This document shows positions 9,579 through 18,332 of a stretch of DNA of 46,342 nt, one piece after another; within the stretch, counting starts at the first letter, position 1; every line of letters begins with the position of its first letter. The position numbers and the translations under genes were made by a program. The notes under the pieces are model-generated. The model searched no databases, had not been told where the DNA came from, and was given only the letters and a program-made list of their open reading frames with translations. Location: assembly GCA_046483985.1 (NCBI GenBank), contig JAWOCD010000124.1, positions 1-46,342 of the forward strand. Direction: 5' to 3'. Source of the stretch: Promethearchaeia archaeon (GTDB lineage Archaea; Asgardarchaeota; Lokiarchaeia; Sigyniarchaeales; SOKP01).

Positions 9579-10898
9579 TTGACCACTTTGATGAAATATG
9601 CTAAAGATGGACGTATAACCAAGGAAATGGAACTAGTTGCGGAAAAGGAAGGTGTGGAACCGGAATTTATTCGTAAGGGAATGGCAAAAGGGCGGATCAT
9701 TATTCCTAAATCCAATAGTAGAAAGTTAGAAGATCCTATTGGCATTGGAAAAGGACTTTTAGTGAAAATTAATGCAAATGTGGGCTCCAGTAAGAAGGTA
9801 TGTAATAAGAAGAGAGAACTTGAAAAAGCAAAAATAGCTATCAAATACGGAGCTGATACTGTGATGGATTTAAGTACTGGTGTAACTGAAGAGGATGTAA
9901 AACTTATCCGTAAATCGATTTTGAAAGAAACGAATGTGCCAATTGGGACGGTTCCAATTTATCAGTCTGCTTTACGATCTCTTGAACAAAAAGGCGCAAT
10001 TATCCACTTTGATGAAGATGACTTGTTTAATGTGGTGGAAGAACAAGCAAAAGAGGGAGTCGATTATTTCACCATCCATGTAGGAGTCACCAAAAGGATT
10101 GTAAATCATCTCAAGAAGCATCCACGAGTTATGGGGGTTGTGTCTCGAGGAGGTACTTTTCTTGCTGCATGGATCTTAAGAAATGAAAAACAAAATCCAT
10201 TCTATGAAAATTATGATTACCTCCTAGAACTTGCTCAAGAATATGATTTTACTATTTCTCTTGGTGATGGAATGAGACCGGGGGGAATACATGATTCGAC
10301 TGATTATCCACAGATTCAAGAACTATTAGAAATTTCAAAATTAGTCAAACGAGCGTGGAAAAAAAATATTCAAGTTATGGTCGAAGGTCCAGGGCATATT
10401 CCTGCGCATGAGGTCGAACATAATGTAAAAATGCAGAAATCAATTTGTGATGAAGCTCCCTTTTATGTATTAGGCCCACTAGTTACTGATATCGCTCCAG
10501 GATACGATGAATTAGTCGGTGCAATTGGTGGCACCATGGCAGGCTTAGCGGGAGCGGATTATTTATGTTATGTAACACCATCCGAGCATTTGGGCTTACC
10601 TAATTTAGAAGAAGTGAAAAGGGGAGTAATTGCATCGAAAATTGCAGCGCATGCCGTAAATATTGCTCGATATGGAAAGCGGGTGTCCCAGAGGGATTAT
10701 GAAATGGATGTGGCCCGAAATGAGTTAGATTGGAGAAAAATGATTAATTTATCCCTTGATCCTGAAAGAGCCAAAAAAATTCATTTCCGGGATGGAACAG
10801 ATGAAAGCTATGATGTATGTAGCATGTGTGGAGATTTCTGTGCCATTAAATTGTTAAAAGAAGCATTGGAAGAGAGCCGTGAAAAAACAGAAAAATAG
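9579..10898 (+). CDS. thiC: Phosphomethylpyrimidine synthase (radical SAM, HMP-P synthase)
   Basis: KINANVG, ADTVMDLSTG, GTVPIYQ, VSRGG, SLGDGMRPG, EGPGH, TDIAPGYD, LCYVTPSEHL and C-terminal CSMCGDFC. Adjacent to thiDN. Confidence 0.95.
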   Translation: MTTLMKYAKDGRITKEMELVAEKEGVEPEFIRKGMAKGRIIIPKSNSRKLEDPIGIGKGLLVKINANVGSSKKVCNKKRELEKAKIAIKYGADTVMDLSTGVTEEDVKLIRKSILKETNVPIGTVPIYQSALRSLEQKGAIIHFDEDDLFNVVEEQAKEGVDYFTIHVGVTKRIVNHLKKHPRVMGVVSRGGTFLAAWILRNEKQNPFYENYDYLLELAQEYDFTISLGDGMRPGGIHDSTDYPQIQELLEISKLVKRAWKKNIQVMVEGPGHIPAHEVEHNVKMQKSICDEAPFYVLGPLVTDIAPGYDELVGAIGGTMAGLAGADYLCYVTPSEHLGLPNLEEVKRGVIASKIAAHAVNIARYGKRVSQRDYEMDVARNELDWRKMINLSLDPERAKKIHFRDGTDESYDVCSMCGDFCAIKLLKEALEESREKTEK

Positions 10899-10916
10899 TA
10901 ATTCTCGGGCCCATTC

Positions 10917-12341
10917 TCATGTTATTTTACCACTAAAGTGCGACAAAGCATTCAAGATAATTTCTATCTTTTTAATCATCTTATCGGCGTTTATCGCAAA
11001 CACTCTTATCATAGGCTCTTTTCCTATCCCCCCCTTATCCCAAATAATATCTGGGATTCTTCCAGTTTCATCCATACTGCGTTTAATGATCCATTGCATT
11101 GTAGAGTGTTCCTTTTTTTGCATTATCTCTGGCTGGCTTTCCCGTTTAAATTCATACAGCGATAATTCGGTATTTTCTTTGATCATCTTTATATAATGCT
11201 CTTTATATCGTAGATTCATCACGAAATTGATGGATTTATCAAATTTTTTTGCCATTAGAATTAAGCGAGCTGTATGATCTGAAACTCCAAATCTGATTTG
11301 CCCGACAGCATGGGGATAACCATTAATAATAGTTATTCTCCCCTCAACCGCAGCGACTTCCTTTTTATTTTTTGCTTCCGGAAGCGCCCCAGAAATATTT
11401 AATCTCACTTCTGGAATAAATTTACTGAATTCCCTTTTGTCTGAGATAAAGTTATAAATTTTTTTTACTTTATTCATCACATTAATTTGTTCCTTCGAGA
11501 ATCCTAAATCCATCACTTTAGAATCGTCAGCTAAATCAATATACTTTGGGAATCGTTCATCAAAGAATGTTTCCGCCTTTTTAATCGCTTCTTGAATCGA
11601 TAAATCTTGAGCTAAATGGGCGGCAATAGCCGATGAAAAGACACAACCTGTTCCATGCACATTTCCCGTTACTTTTAACTCTTTTTTTCTAAATATGAGA
11701 AATTCTCTGGTAAATGAACCATTCTTTTTTCTCTGAAGCAGACATAGATCAATTAAATTAGAATCATTGCCATATCCACTTTTTATAATAACTGCCTTTT
11801 CTCTTTTTACAGATTTATTTTTAGCATTCATTTGCTCTAATATTCTCTCTGCCGCTTTCTTAAGCCTTTGAAAGGAATAGGTTTCTTTTTTAGTAAGGGA
11901 AATGCCAGAATAAACTTCTGCTTCAGAAACATTTGGCGTTAAGATAGCAATATAAGGAAAGAGTTGACTTTTTATCTTTTGCTCCAGATTCTTTTCTGCA
12001 AGTCGCTTTCCCGCACTTGCAATAGTCAAGGGATCTAAGACTGCGAGTAAATTATATTGCTTGAGTGCTTTTTTGATGATCTTAATGCATTTTTGATCTG
12101 GAATCATTCCGATTTTTACAGCCTGTACCGGATAATTCTCTAGTACTCCAGTTAATTGGGACTTCAGTTCCGAAGAAGCTGATTTATACCCATAAAATTC
12201 TTTCGCCGATTGCGAGGTTAGTGCTGTTATTGCAGATAAGGGATATACCCCACATCTATCAAATGTACGGATATCTGCTTGAACTCCCGCACCGCAGCTA
12301 GGATCACTTCCCGCAATAGTCAAAGCATAATGCAAGGTCAT
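10917..12341 (-). CDS. thiD: Bifunctional HMP/HMP-P kinase / ThiN thiamine-phosphate synthase fusion
   Basis: LTIAGSDPSCGAGVQAD, VKIGM, LTPNVSEA and HGTGCVFSSAIAA (ThiD). IPEVRLN, AAVEGRI, FGVSDHTAR, STMQW and D.GGIGKEPM (ThiN). Confidence 0.93.
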   Translation of the reverse strand: MTLHYALTIAGSDPSCGAGVQADIRTFDRCGVYPLSAITALTSQSAKEFYGYKSASSELKSQLTGVLENYPVQAVKIGMIPDQKCIKIIKKALKQYNLLAVLDPLTIASAGKRLAEKNLEQKIKSQLFPYIAILTPNVSEAEVYSGISLTKKETYSFQRLKKAAERILEQMNAKNKSVKREKAVIIKSGYGNDSNLIDLCLLQRKKNGSFTREFLIFRKKELKVTGNVHGTGCVFSSAIAAHLAQDLSIQEAIKKAETFFDERFPKYIDLADDSKVMDLGFSKEQINVMNKVKKIYNFISDKREFSKFIPEVRLNISGALPEAKNKKEVAAVEGRITIINGYPHAVGQIRFGVSDHTARLILMAKKFDKSINFVMNLRYKEHYIKMIKENTELSLYEFKRESQPEIMQKKEHSTMQWIIKRSMDETGRIPDIIWDKGGIGKEPMIRVFAINADKMIKKIEIILNALSHFSGKIT

Positions 12342-12440
12342 ATAAAATTAATAAGAAGACTTTTCAAAAATTCTTTTGCCTCTTTCCATTAATTTCTCCC
12401 ATCGGACATGTGGATTTTTTGGGACAGAAATAAATCCTAA

Positions 12441-13019
12441 TTATTGATCTACTCGATCATAAGCCCACTTTGCCTTATCGTCTAATCCTAAAGCCTCGTA
12501 AGCTTTTCCCAAATAAAGAAATGCATCGGGATAATCAAATTTCATTTTTACTAACTTAAATAAACTATTTATCGCTAAATCATAACGCTCTTGAAAATAA
12601 TTAATTTGACCCTTAAGAAAAAGTAGGGTTCTTTCTTTAAAATCGGGTATTCCTTCTTTAGGATAATTATTTACTAATTCTAATGCTTTAGTGTATTTTT
12701 TCTCTTTAATTAATGATTCTATTTCTTTCACCAATTTCAGAAAAACTAATTTTTCTGCAACCTTGTCAATTTTTTCTGCTTCTTCTTTTCGCTTCTGCTT
12801 TTCTAATTCCTTTTTCTGTTCTTTCTCTTTTTTGGTTAAATATCCTTGGTATTTATCGATTAAGCTTTGGGAATATTTGGCATTACATAAAGGACATCGG
12901 AGAGAATGCGTAATCCATTCCTTGATACAATCCGCATGGATGGGATGTCCGTTTTTACATCTTTCCATCTCATCCATGCCCTCTTCAATCTTCATATGGC
13001 ATATTATACATTGTGGAAT
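12441..13019 (-). CDS. RING-H2 zinc finger + coiled coil + TPR protein (putative E3 ubiquitin ligase); start extended to ATT at 13019
   Basis: In-frame upstream codons IPQCIICH complete the C3H2C3 pattern CIIC...C-KNG-H-PI-H-AD-C-IKEW...CPLC. GGTGA lies just upstream of the ATT. The C-terminus has TPR motifs (AFLYLGKAYEALG). Confidence 0.8.
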   Translation of the reverse strand: MPQCIICHMKIEEGMDEMERCKNGHPIHADCIKEWITHSLRCPLCNAKYSQSLIDKYQGYLTKKEKEQKKELEKQKRKEEAEKIDKVAEKLVFLKLVKEIESLIKEKKYTKALELVNNYPKEGIPDFKERTLLFLKGQINYFQERYDLAINSLFKLVKMKFDYPDAFLYLGKAYEALGLDDKAKWAYDRVDQ

Positions 13020-13150
13020 GGCTTTTCACCGATTTTAAAGGTATAATCCAGATAACAAATGCTTTTTAGATAAATTATTATTATTATTAATATAATAAAA
13101 GAATTATAATTAAATTTTGTTTCAACCAAATTTTGGGTTCTGAACCGATT

Positions 13151-14698
13151 ATGTCTAGTGAGCAATTTAGCAAATTATTAAACAATTTTTTAGAAAAGAA
13201 TGAAAAAGTAAAGGCACTTATTGTTTCGGATCGGCAAGGATTAATGATCGCTGGTGAAAAGCGCGAAGAAATTGATATGGAAATCGTGTCGGTATTAACG
13301 GCAATTGTAAATCCTATCTTGGAACGGATACGCAATGAATTTGCCTTTCAGAAATTTGGGACTGCGAGTTTCGATACTGACAATTTCCGGCTCTTATTTA
13401 TTTCGGTTGATGAAGAACATATCTTGAGTCTTGTCCTTGATAGTATGGCATCAATTGATAGGATTTCACCATATGCCTTTTTCTTGGCAGAAAAAATTGC
13501 GCAAATTATTGAGACCCCAATAAATAAGGATATTCAACTTAACGTTCCAGATTTTCAATATGATGCAGATCCCTCAACACGCTTAAAAAATCAGATTTAT
13601 CAAATGAGACTGGAATCTGGGGGGATTTATCGCTTCAAATTCATTATTATAGGGGATCATGAAGTGGGAAAAACATCATTAGTGCGAAGATTTGTTGAAA
13701 ATAAGTTTTCAGACGATTATCGCGCCACAATAGGATTAAATATTATGTCCCATTCTTTTGATCTCTATGGCAATGATGTAAAGGTTGCTTTATATGATGT
13801 GGGAGCTCAGAAATATTTCAAAAGATTCAGAAAAACGTATTATAATGGTGCACAAGCAGCTTTCATTGTATTTGACTTAACCAATCGAAAAACCTTCGAA
13901 AATATAGAAGTTTGGTTTAAAGAATTGATTGATTTTATCGGAGATCAAGATCTGCCCGTGGTCATTGTGGGCAATAAAAAAGACCTCAAAGATCAAAGAG
14001 ATATAGAGTATCAAGAAGGGGTAGAATATGTGAATGAACTCTCGAATAACGATGATCTTTCAAAAATTTCTTACATCGAAACATCGGCATTAACTGGAGA
14101 AAATGTTGAAGATGCCTTCAGTTTAATTGCTTATCATTTTATCATGAAAAGTTTGGAACATGAGGAAGAAATCTTAAAAGAGGAGATATATGATGAGATC
14201 AGTGAAATTTTGGATAAATATTCCAAGTTAGACTTGTCTTTTATTACAAAAAGCCCCTATTGGAGTCCGGGACTTCAAATTCTGACGGAAATAAAGAGAT
14301 TAGGAGATTTTCAAATGAAAAAAGATGAAAATGAATTAAAGGTATATGAATATGATAATGGGCTTATTCTAAAGAATTTCACATACCAAAATTATAGTAT
14401 TGCAAACTCTGATGGCGTATTTTGTATACTTGACGCAAGAGGCAAAAAAGATATTGATCCGAAGTGGAAAGAATATATCATTGAAATGATCGAGACGATT
14501 CCCGAGCAGAACGTGATATTAATTGGTATTCGGGTTGGTAAGAATGTTGATTGGTCTCATCTTATGGAACAGTTGGATGTCAACGAGCAACTTGAGCAAA
14601 AAATGGTCTCTGTATTGTTTTTCAAAATTGGGCACGAGTACAGACTGGAAATCTATGATCAACTTCAAATAATGCTCATGACAATTAAAAATCATTAG
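13151..14698 (+). CDS. Roadblock/LC7 domain + Rab-like small GTPase + degenerate second G-domain fusion
   Basis: N-terminal VKALIVSDRQGLMIAG (roadblock). G1 GDHEVGKTS, G2 YRATIG, G3 DVGAQ, G4 GNKKD, G5 ETSALTG. C-terminal DGVFCILDAR...W...VILIG resembles G-domain strands without a P-loop. Alternative TTG start at 13133. Confidence 0.88.
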   Translation: MSSEQFSKLLNNFLEKNEKVKALIVSDRQGLMIAGEKREEIDMEIVSVLTAIVNPILERIRNEFAFQKFGTASFDTDNFRLLFISVDEEHILSLVLDSMASIDRISPYAFFLAEKIAQIIETPINKDIQLNVPDFQYDADPSTRLKNQIYQMRLESGGIYRFKFIIIGDHEVGKTSLVRRFVENKFSDDYRATIGLNIMSHSFDLYGNDVKVALYDVGAQKYFKRFRKTYYNGAQAAFIVFDLTNRKTFENIEVWFKELIDFIGDQDLPVVIVGNKKDLKDQRDIEYQEGVEYVNELSNNDDLSKISYIETSALTGENVEDAFSLIAYHFIMKSLEHEEEILKEEIYDEISEILDKYSKLDLSFITKSPYWSPGLQILTEIKRLGDFQMKKDENELKVYEYDNGLILKNFTYQNYSIANSDGVFCILDARGKKDIDPKWKEYIIEMIETIPEQNVILIGIRVGKNVDWSHLMEQLDVNEQLEQKMVSVLFFKIGHEYRLEIYDQLQIMLMTIKNH

Positions 14699-14699
14699 A

Positions 14700-14870
14700 C
14701 CTTTCTCTTCCTTTTTTCTTTTTATTGTTTTCTGATTTTATTTTTTTCCAGCTAGCCCTTTGATGAAGCAATTTTTAAGAAATCCCAGGTTAGTTTCTTT
14801 TTTCTACAATTTCGTTTATATACTTTTTCTATTTTATTGAAAAGAAAAAGTAAAGAAAAGAGCAAAAAAG
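14700..14870. terminator. Convergent T-rich terminator region between the GTPase gene and leuB
   Basis: Long T-runs on + after the GTPase stop and A-runs on + (T-runs on -) after the leuB stop. Confidence 0.5.
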
Positions 14871-15938
14871 TTATTTTTTCAAGCGATGGGTGAGCTTTTC
14901 TGCGATTAAATCTCCCATCTCATCTGTAGCCAATATATCTAAAGAGGGATTCTCGATATCAACCGTTCTTCCTTCCTTTAGCGCATCTTCAATGGATGCT
15001 TCAATTGCTTCACCTATCCTTGGAGAATTGAACGATTCTTCCATCATCAACTTGACGCTTAAAATTGTACCGATAGGATTTGCGATTGCTTTACCTGCAA
15101 TATCTGGGGCAGACCCGTGAATAGGTTCATACATCGACACGTTGCCAGGATTGATATTTCCGCTGGATCCCATTCCCAAACTCCCGATAAGAAATGCACC
15201 CTCATCACTGATAATATCACCGAATAGATTTCCGGTTACAACGGTCTCATATGCATCAGGCGTTCTTAACAGCCATTGACAAAATGCATCAACATAGATA
15301 TCCTCGGTTTCAATTTTTTTATATTCCTCGCTAATTTCATGAAAGATTTTTCTCCATAATTGGCTGGGCTTTAAAATATTTGCTTTATCCACTGATGTGA
15401 CTTTTCCGTGTCCATTTTTTTTGGCGAATTCAAAGGCATACTTTATAATTCTTTCGCATCCCTTTTTCGTATAGATCATTGAATTTTGAGCAACTTCATC
15501 TCGTAAAAATCCTCCAATATCCGCGTATAATCCCTCTGTGTTCTCCCGTACAAATGTAATATCAATTCCCTCCCCAATTACCTCCTCTTTAAGGGGACAC
15601 CGGTCTTTTAATGCATCATATAACTTAATCGGCCGTAAATTTATATAAAGATCCAATCCTTGTCGAATTCGTAGGATTGCAGATTCTGCAACCCCTTGCG
15701 GTAACCCTGGAAGACCTATTGCGCCGAATAGCAAGGCATCTGAACTCTTAATTGTTGCAAATGATTCTTCTGGGAGACTATCTCCGTGCTTTTTCCAGAT
15801 TGCTCCTCCAGCAGCTGCTTCCTTGAAGACGAGATCAAAATCGGTATAATTATCAATCAACTCTAAGACTTTAAGCCCTTCATCAACCACTTCTGGACCT
15901 ATTCCATCTCCTTTACAAACTGCTATCGTCTTTTTCAT
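14871..15938 (-). CDS. leuB: 3-isopropylmalate dehydrogenase (isocitrate/isopropylmalate dehydrogenase family)
   Basis: GDGIGPEV, LYINLRP, VRENTEGLY, VDKANIL, NLFGDIISD and EPIHGSAPDIAGKAIANP. Confidence 0.85.
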   Translation of the reverse strand: MKKTIAVCKGDGIGPEVVDEGLKVLELIDNYTDFDLVFKEAAAGGAIWKKHGDSLPEESFATIKSSDALLFGAIGLPGLPQGVAESAILRIRQGLDLYINLRPIKLYDALKDRCPLKEEVIGEGIDITFVRENTEGLYADIGGFLRDEVAQNSMIYTKKGCERIIKYAFEFAKKNGHGKVTSVDKANILKPSQLWRKIFHEISEEYKKIETEDIYVDAFCQWLLRTPDAYETVVTGNLFGDIISDEGAFLIGSLGMGSSGNINPGNVSMYEPIHGSAPDIAGKAIANPIGTILSVKLMMEESFNSPRIGEAIEASIEDALKEGRTVDIENPSLDILATDEMGDLIAEKLTHRLKK

Positions 15939-16280
15939 TTAGAATCGGTTTTATTTAGTTTGCTTTAAGTTAATAATAAGTTGATTTCATAAAAGATTTA
16001 TTTTAATTGTACATTCAATTCTCAATTCCTTTGTTCCTTGAAGAAAAGAAATCCTATAAATCAAATAGATTAAGAATACTGATTAGAACTGTAATCCAAC
16101 CTATTAGGAGAATGAGTCGCTTTAGCGGAATAATAATGCCTAAGTTTGGGAAAAATCTCTGATCTAATGGCTCAGCTATATCTCTACCGACTTTCATCTC
16201 TGACTTCAGAATTTTGTCGAAATCAAGAAAATTATCAAATTATTAACCAAAACATAACTTATCGAAATTTTAACGCAACA

Positions 16281-16380
16281 TTTAAATATTTGTAATAAGT
16301 AATATAATGTAAAGAAGGTTTGTTGTAAATAAAACACCTTCGAAAAAATTACAAAATTAAAAAAATAATTTAAGTGGAGG
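16281..16380 (+). promoter_or_regulatory. Histone gene promoter and leader (TATA box, leader hairpin, Shine-Dalgarno)
   Basis: TTTAAATA at 16281-16288, GAAGGT/ACCTTC hairpin at 16314-16341, and GGAGG about 10 nt before ATG 16391. Confidence 0.5.
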
Positions 16381-16390
16381 AATAATTAAA

Positions 16391-16609
16391 ATGGCTAAAA
16401 AAGTTTTTGCATGGAGTCCTATTAGGCAACTAATGAAAGATAATGGGGCTGAAATGGTTGCTCGTGATGCAGTTGATGAATTAATTACTTATTTGGAAGG
16501 AGTAGCTAAAGAAGCAACTAGAAAAGCTCTTGAAATGACTCGTCATGCGGACAGAAAAAAGTTAACTGAAGATGATATGGATCTAGCAATCGAACTGATG
16601 GGTCAGTAA
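16391..16609 (+). CDS. Archaeal histone (histone fold, no tail)
   Basis: SPIRQLMK..GAEMVARDA...A...T.HADRKKL...D..LA matches the HMf-like fold. Strong Shine-Dalgarno site and downstream T-tract. Confidence 0.92.
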   Translation: MAKKVFAWSPIRQLMKDNGAEMVARDAVDELITYLEGVAKEATRKALEMTRHADRKKLTEDDMDLAIELMGQ

Positions 16610-16679
16610 ATTTCCATATATTTCACCATTAGTCTGAATCATAAATTTTATCCTTTTTTTCTTTTTAATATACTCTTTA

Positions 16680-16975
16680 TTCGACACTAAAGATCTTTTA
16701 ATAACTATTATTTTAGAGATTCGTCCACCCTAGAGTGCCAATAACGCCGGAGACGATCGATTAAAAGATCACTATTCGCCAATCACGTGAAAAAAAAATA
16801 AAGTAAAAATCCAAACCCTAAAAGAAACGCTTCGGAAAAGTTTGGAAATCGGCACGTATTTATCGTGTTCTCTTCCGGTAACCCCTTGTCCTGTGGTCGC
16901 GATAAACCTCTACCAGTGATCGCCTAATCAAAAGCAGCCAAACCACTGATGAGATATAATTTGTTCCGAGAAAAC
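16680..16975 (-). ncRNA. Candidate structured non-coding RNA locus of unknown family
   Basis: ORF-free, GC-enriched region. Long G-U-compatible hairpin on - (16906-16955), a second hairpin (16848-16879), a hairpin plus U-tract (16846-16790), a TATA-like box at 16998-16991 and an 11-bp perfect inverted repeat (16692-16702/16760-16770). Confidence 0.45.
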
Positions 16976-17199
16976 GCCAAGGAGATATTTTTTTATAAGA
17001 ATTATTTCTATCACTAAGCTCATAATTCCGATATATGAAATCATAAACACTTCCGGGAAAGATACTGAAAATGGGGAGAATTTAAAATATGGAATAAGCA
17101 AAAGAAATTGTAGTTAAATAAATAGAATATAAAATGCAATGACTTCTCAATAGACGATCTGAGTGCAAAAAGAATTAGCAACTTAACATCTTATTTCGA

Positions 17200-17430
17200 T
17201 CAATAAGAGGTCAAGAAAGTGTATTTTGAGAGATTAAACTTTTCTACTTTTACCTCTGGCACTTTCGATTTGTTGCGTTGTCCAACAATTAAGGGAAGTT
17301 TAACAACAAATTTAAGATCGTCTAGATAAAAATTATCAAAAAAGACTTGATTCTCTTTGTCAAAATCGATAAATTTTTTGAAGTTTTTTGATTTAGAGGC
17401 TTCCCTGCGTTTTATTTTAGTTATTGACAT
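17200..17430 (-). CDS. Small basic hypothetical protein, 76 aa
   Basis: ATG preceded by an AAGGAG Shine-Dalgarno site; lies in otherwise intergenic space. Confidence 0.6.
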   Translation of the reverse strand: MSITKIKRREASKSKNFKKFIDFDKENQVFFDNFYLDDLKFVVKLPLIVGQRNKSKVPEVKVEKFNLSKYTFLTSY

Positions 17431-17711
17431 TATTTTTTCTCCTTAACTTTCATATGCTGTATTAATATTGAACCAAGTTAATTAATTAAAGGCTTCCCTT
17501 ATATCCTATAAACTTATTTATGCACTTATCTGAATTACTTTATTAAATAGGGTTTAGGGTATTGGATTCATTTTGGAAAGAATTTAAGTATTCTTAGTCC
17601 TAATTTTATTAATCGGCCATTCTTCATATCAAATAGGGAATTATTTCAAATGCTCGAAAAGAAAGTTTGCTCGAAAAAAGTCGTTAAAATGAAAGAATTA
17701 AAGAAAACTAA

Positions 17712-18290
17712 ATGGAGGATATAAACCTGACGCTCAAAAAATATAAAGAAAAACGAGATTTTAAAAGGACGAAAGAACCAAAAGCAAAAACTCCGGAAAA
17801 ATACGATGATATATTTGTCATTCAGAAACATCGAGCCTCGAGTTTACATTATGATTTCCGGATTGCGGTAAACGGCGTATTAAAGTCATGGGCAGTCCCT
17901 AAAGGACCTTCAACCGATCCCAGCGAAAAAAGATTAGCGATTATGACCGAAGATCACCCGCTTGCTTATGCTGATTTTGAAGGAATTATTCCAGAGGGAG
18001 AATATGGCGCGGGCACCGTCATAGTATGGGATAAAGGACAGTATGAAAATATGAAACAAAATAAGAACCTACAAGATAGAATAAAAAAGGGCCATTTTAC
18101 TATTTTTCTTGATGGAAAAAAACTAAAGGGGGGTTTCGCTTTAACAAGAATCAATAACGAGAAAAATCATTGGTTGTTGGTGAAGATGAGCGATAAATTT
18201 GTCAACCGTGATGAAGATATATTAGAAAAGGAGCCAAGATCTGTCTTCTCAGGCAAAACAATAGAGGAAATCAAAGCTCAAGATAATTGA
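17712..18290 (+). CDS. Stand-alone LigD 3'-phosphoesterase (PE) domain protein
   Basis: Y..KRDF..T.EP, FVIQKH.A..LHYDFR, LKSWAVPKGPS, RLA..TEDHP..Y..FEG.IP.GEYGAG.V.VWD.G and WLLVK. Confidence 0.93.
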   Translation: MEDINLTLKKYKEKRDFKRTKEPKAKTPEKYDDIFVIQKHRASSLHYDFRIAVNGVLKSWAVPKGPSTDPSEKRLAIMTEDHPLAYADFEGIIPEGEYGAGTVIVWDKGQYENMKQNKNLQDRIKKGHFTIFLDGKKLKGGFALTRINNEKNHWLLVKMSDKFVNRDEDILEKEPRSVFSGKTIEEIKAQDN

Positions 18291-18332
18291 CTTTTTATTA
18301 ATGAAATAACGTTATCTCTATGAAGGATTAGT

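Noticed and set aside
16610-16670. Metazoan-type histone 3' stem-loop
   Set aside because: No GGYYYU-UUUH-AGRRCC hairpin, only a T-rich archaeal terminator.
16945-16975. CTGATGAG...GAAA hammerhead ribozyme-like core on +
   Set aside because: Stem II does not close directly before GAAA, and stems I and III are missing.
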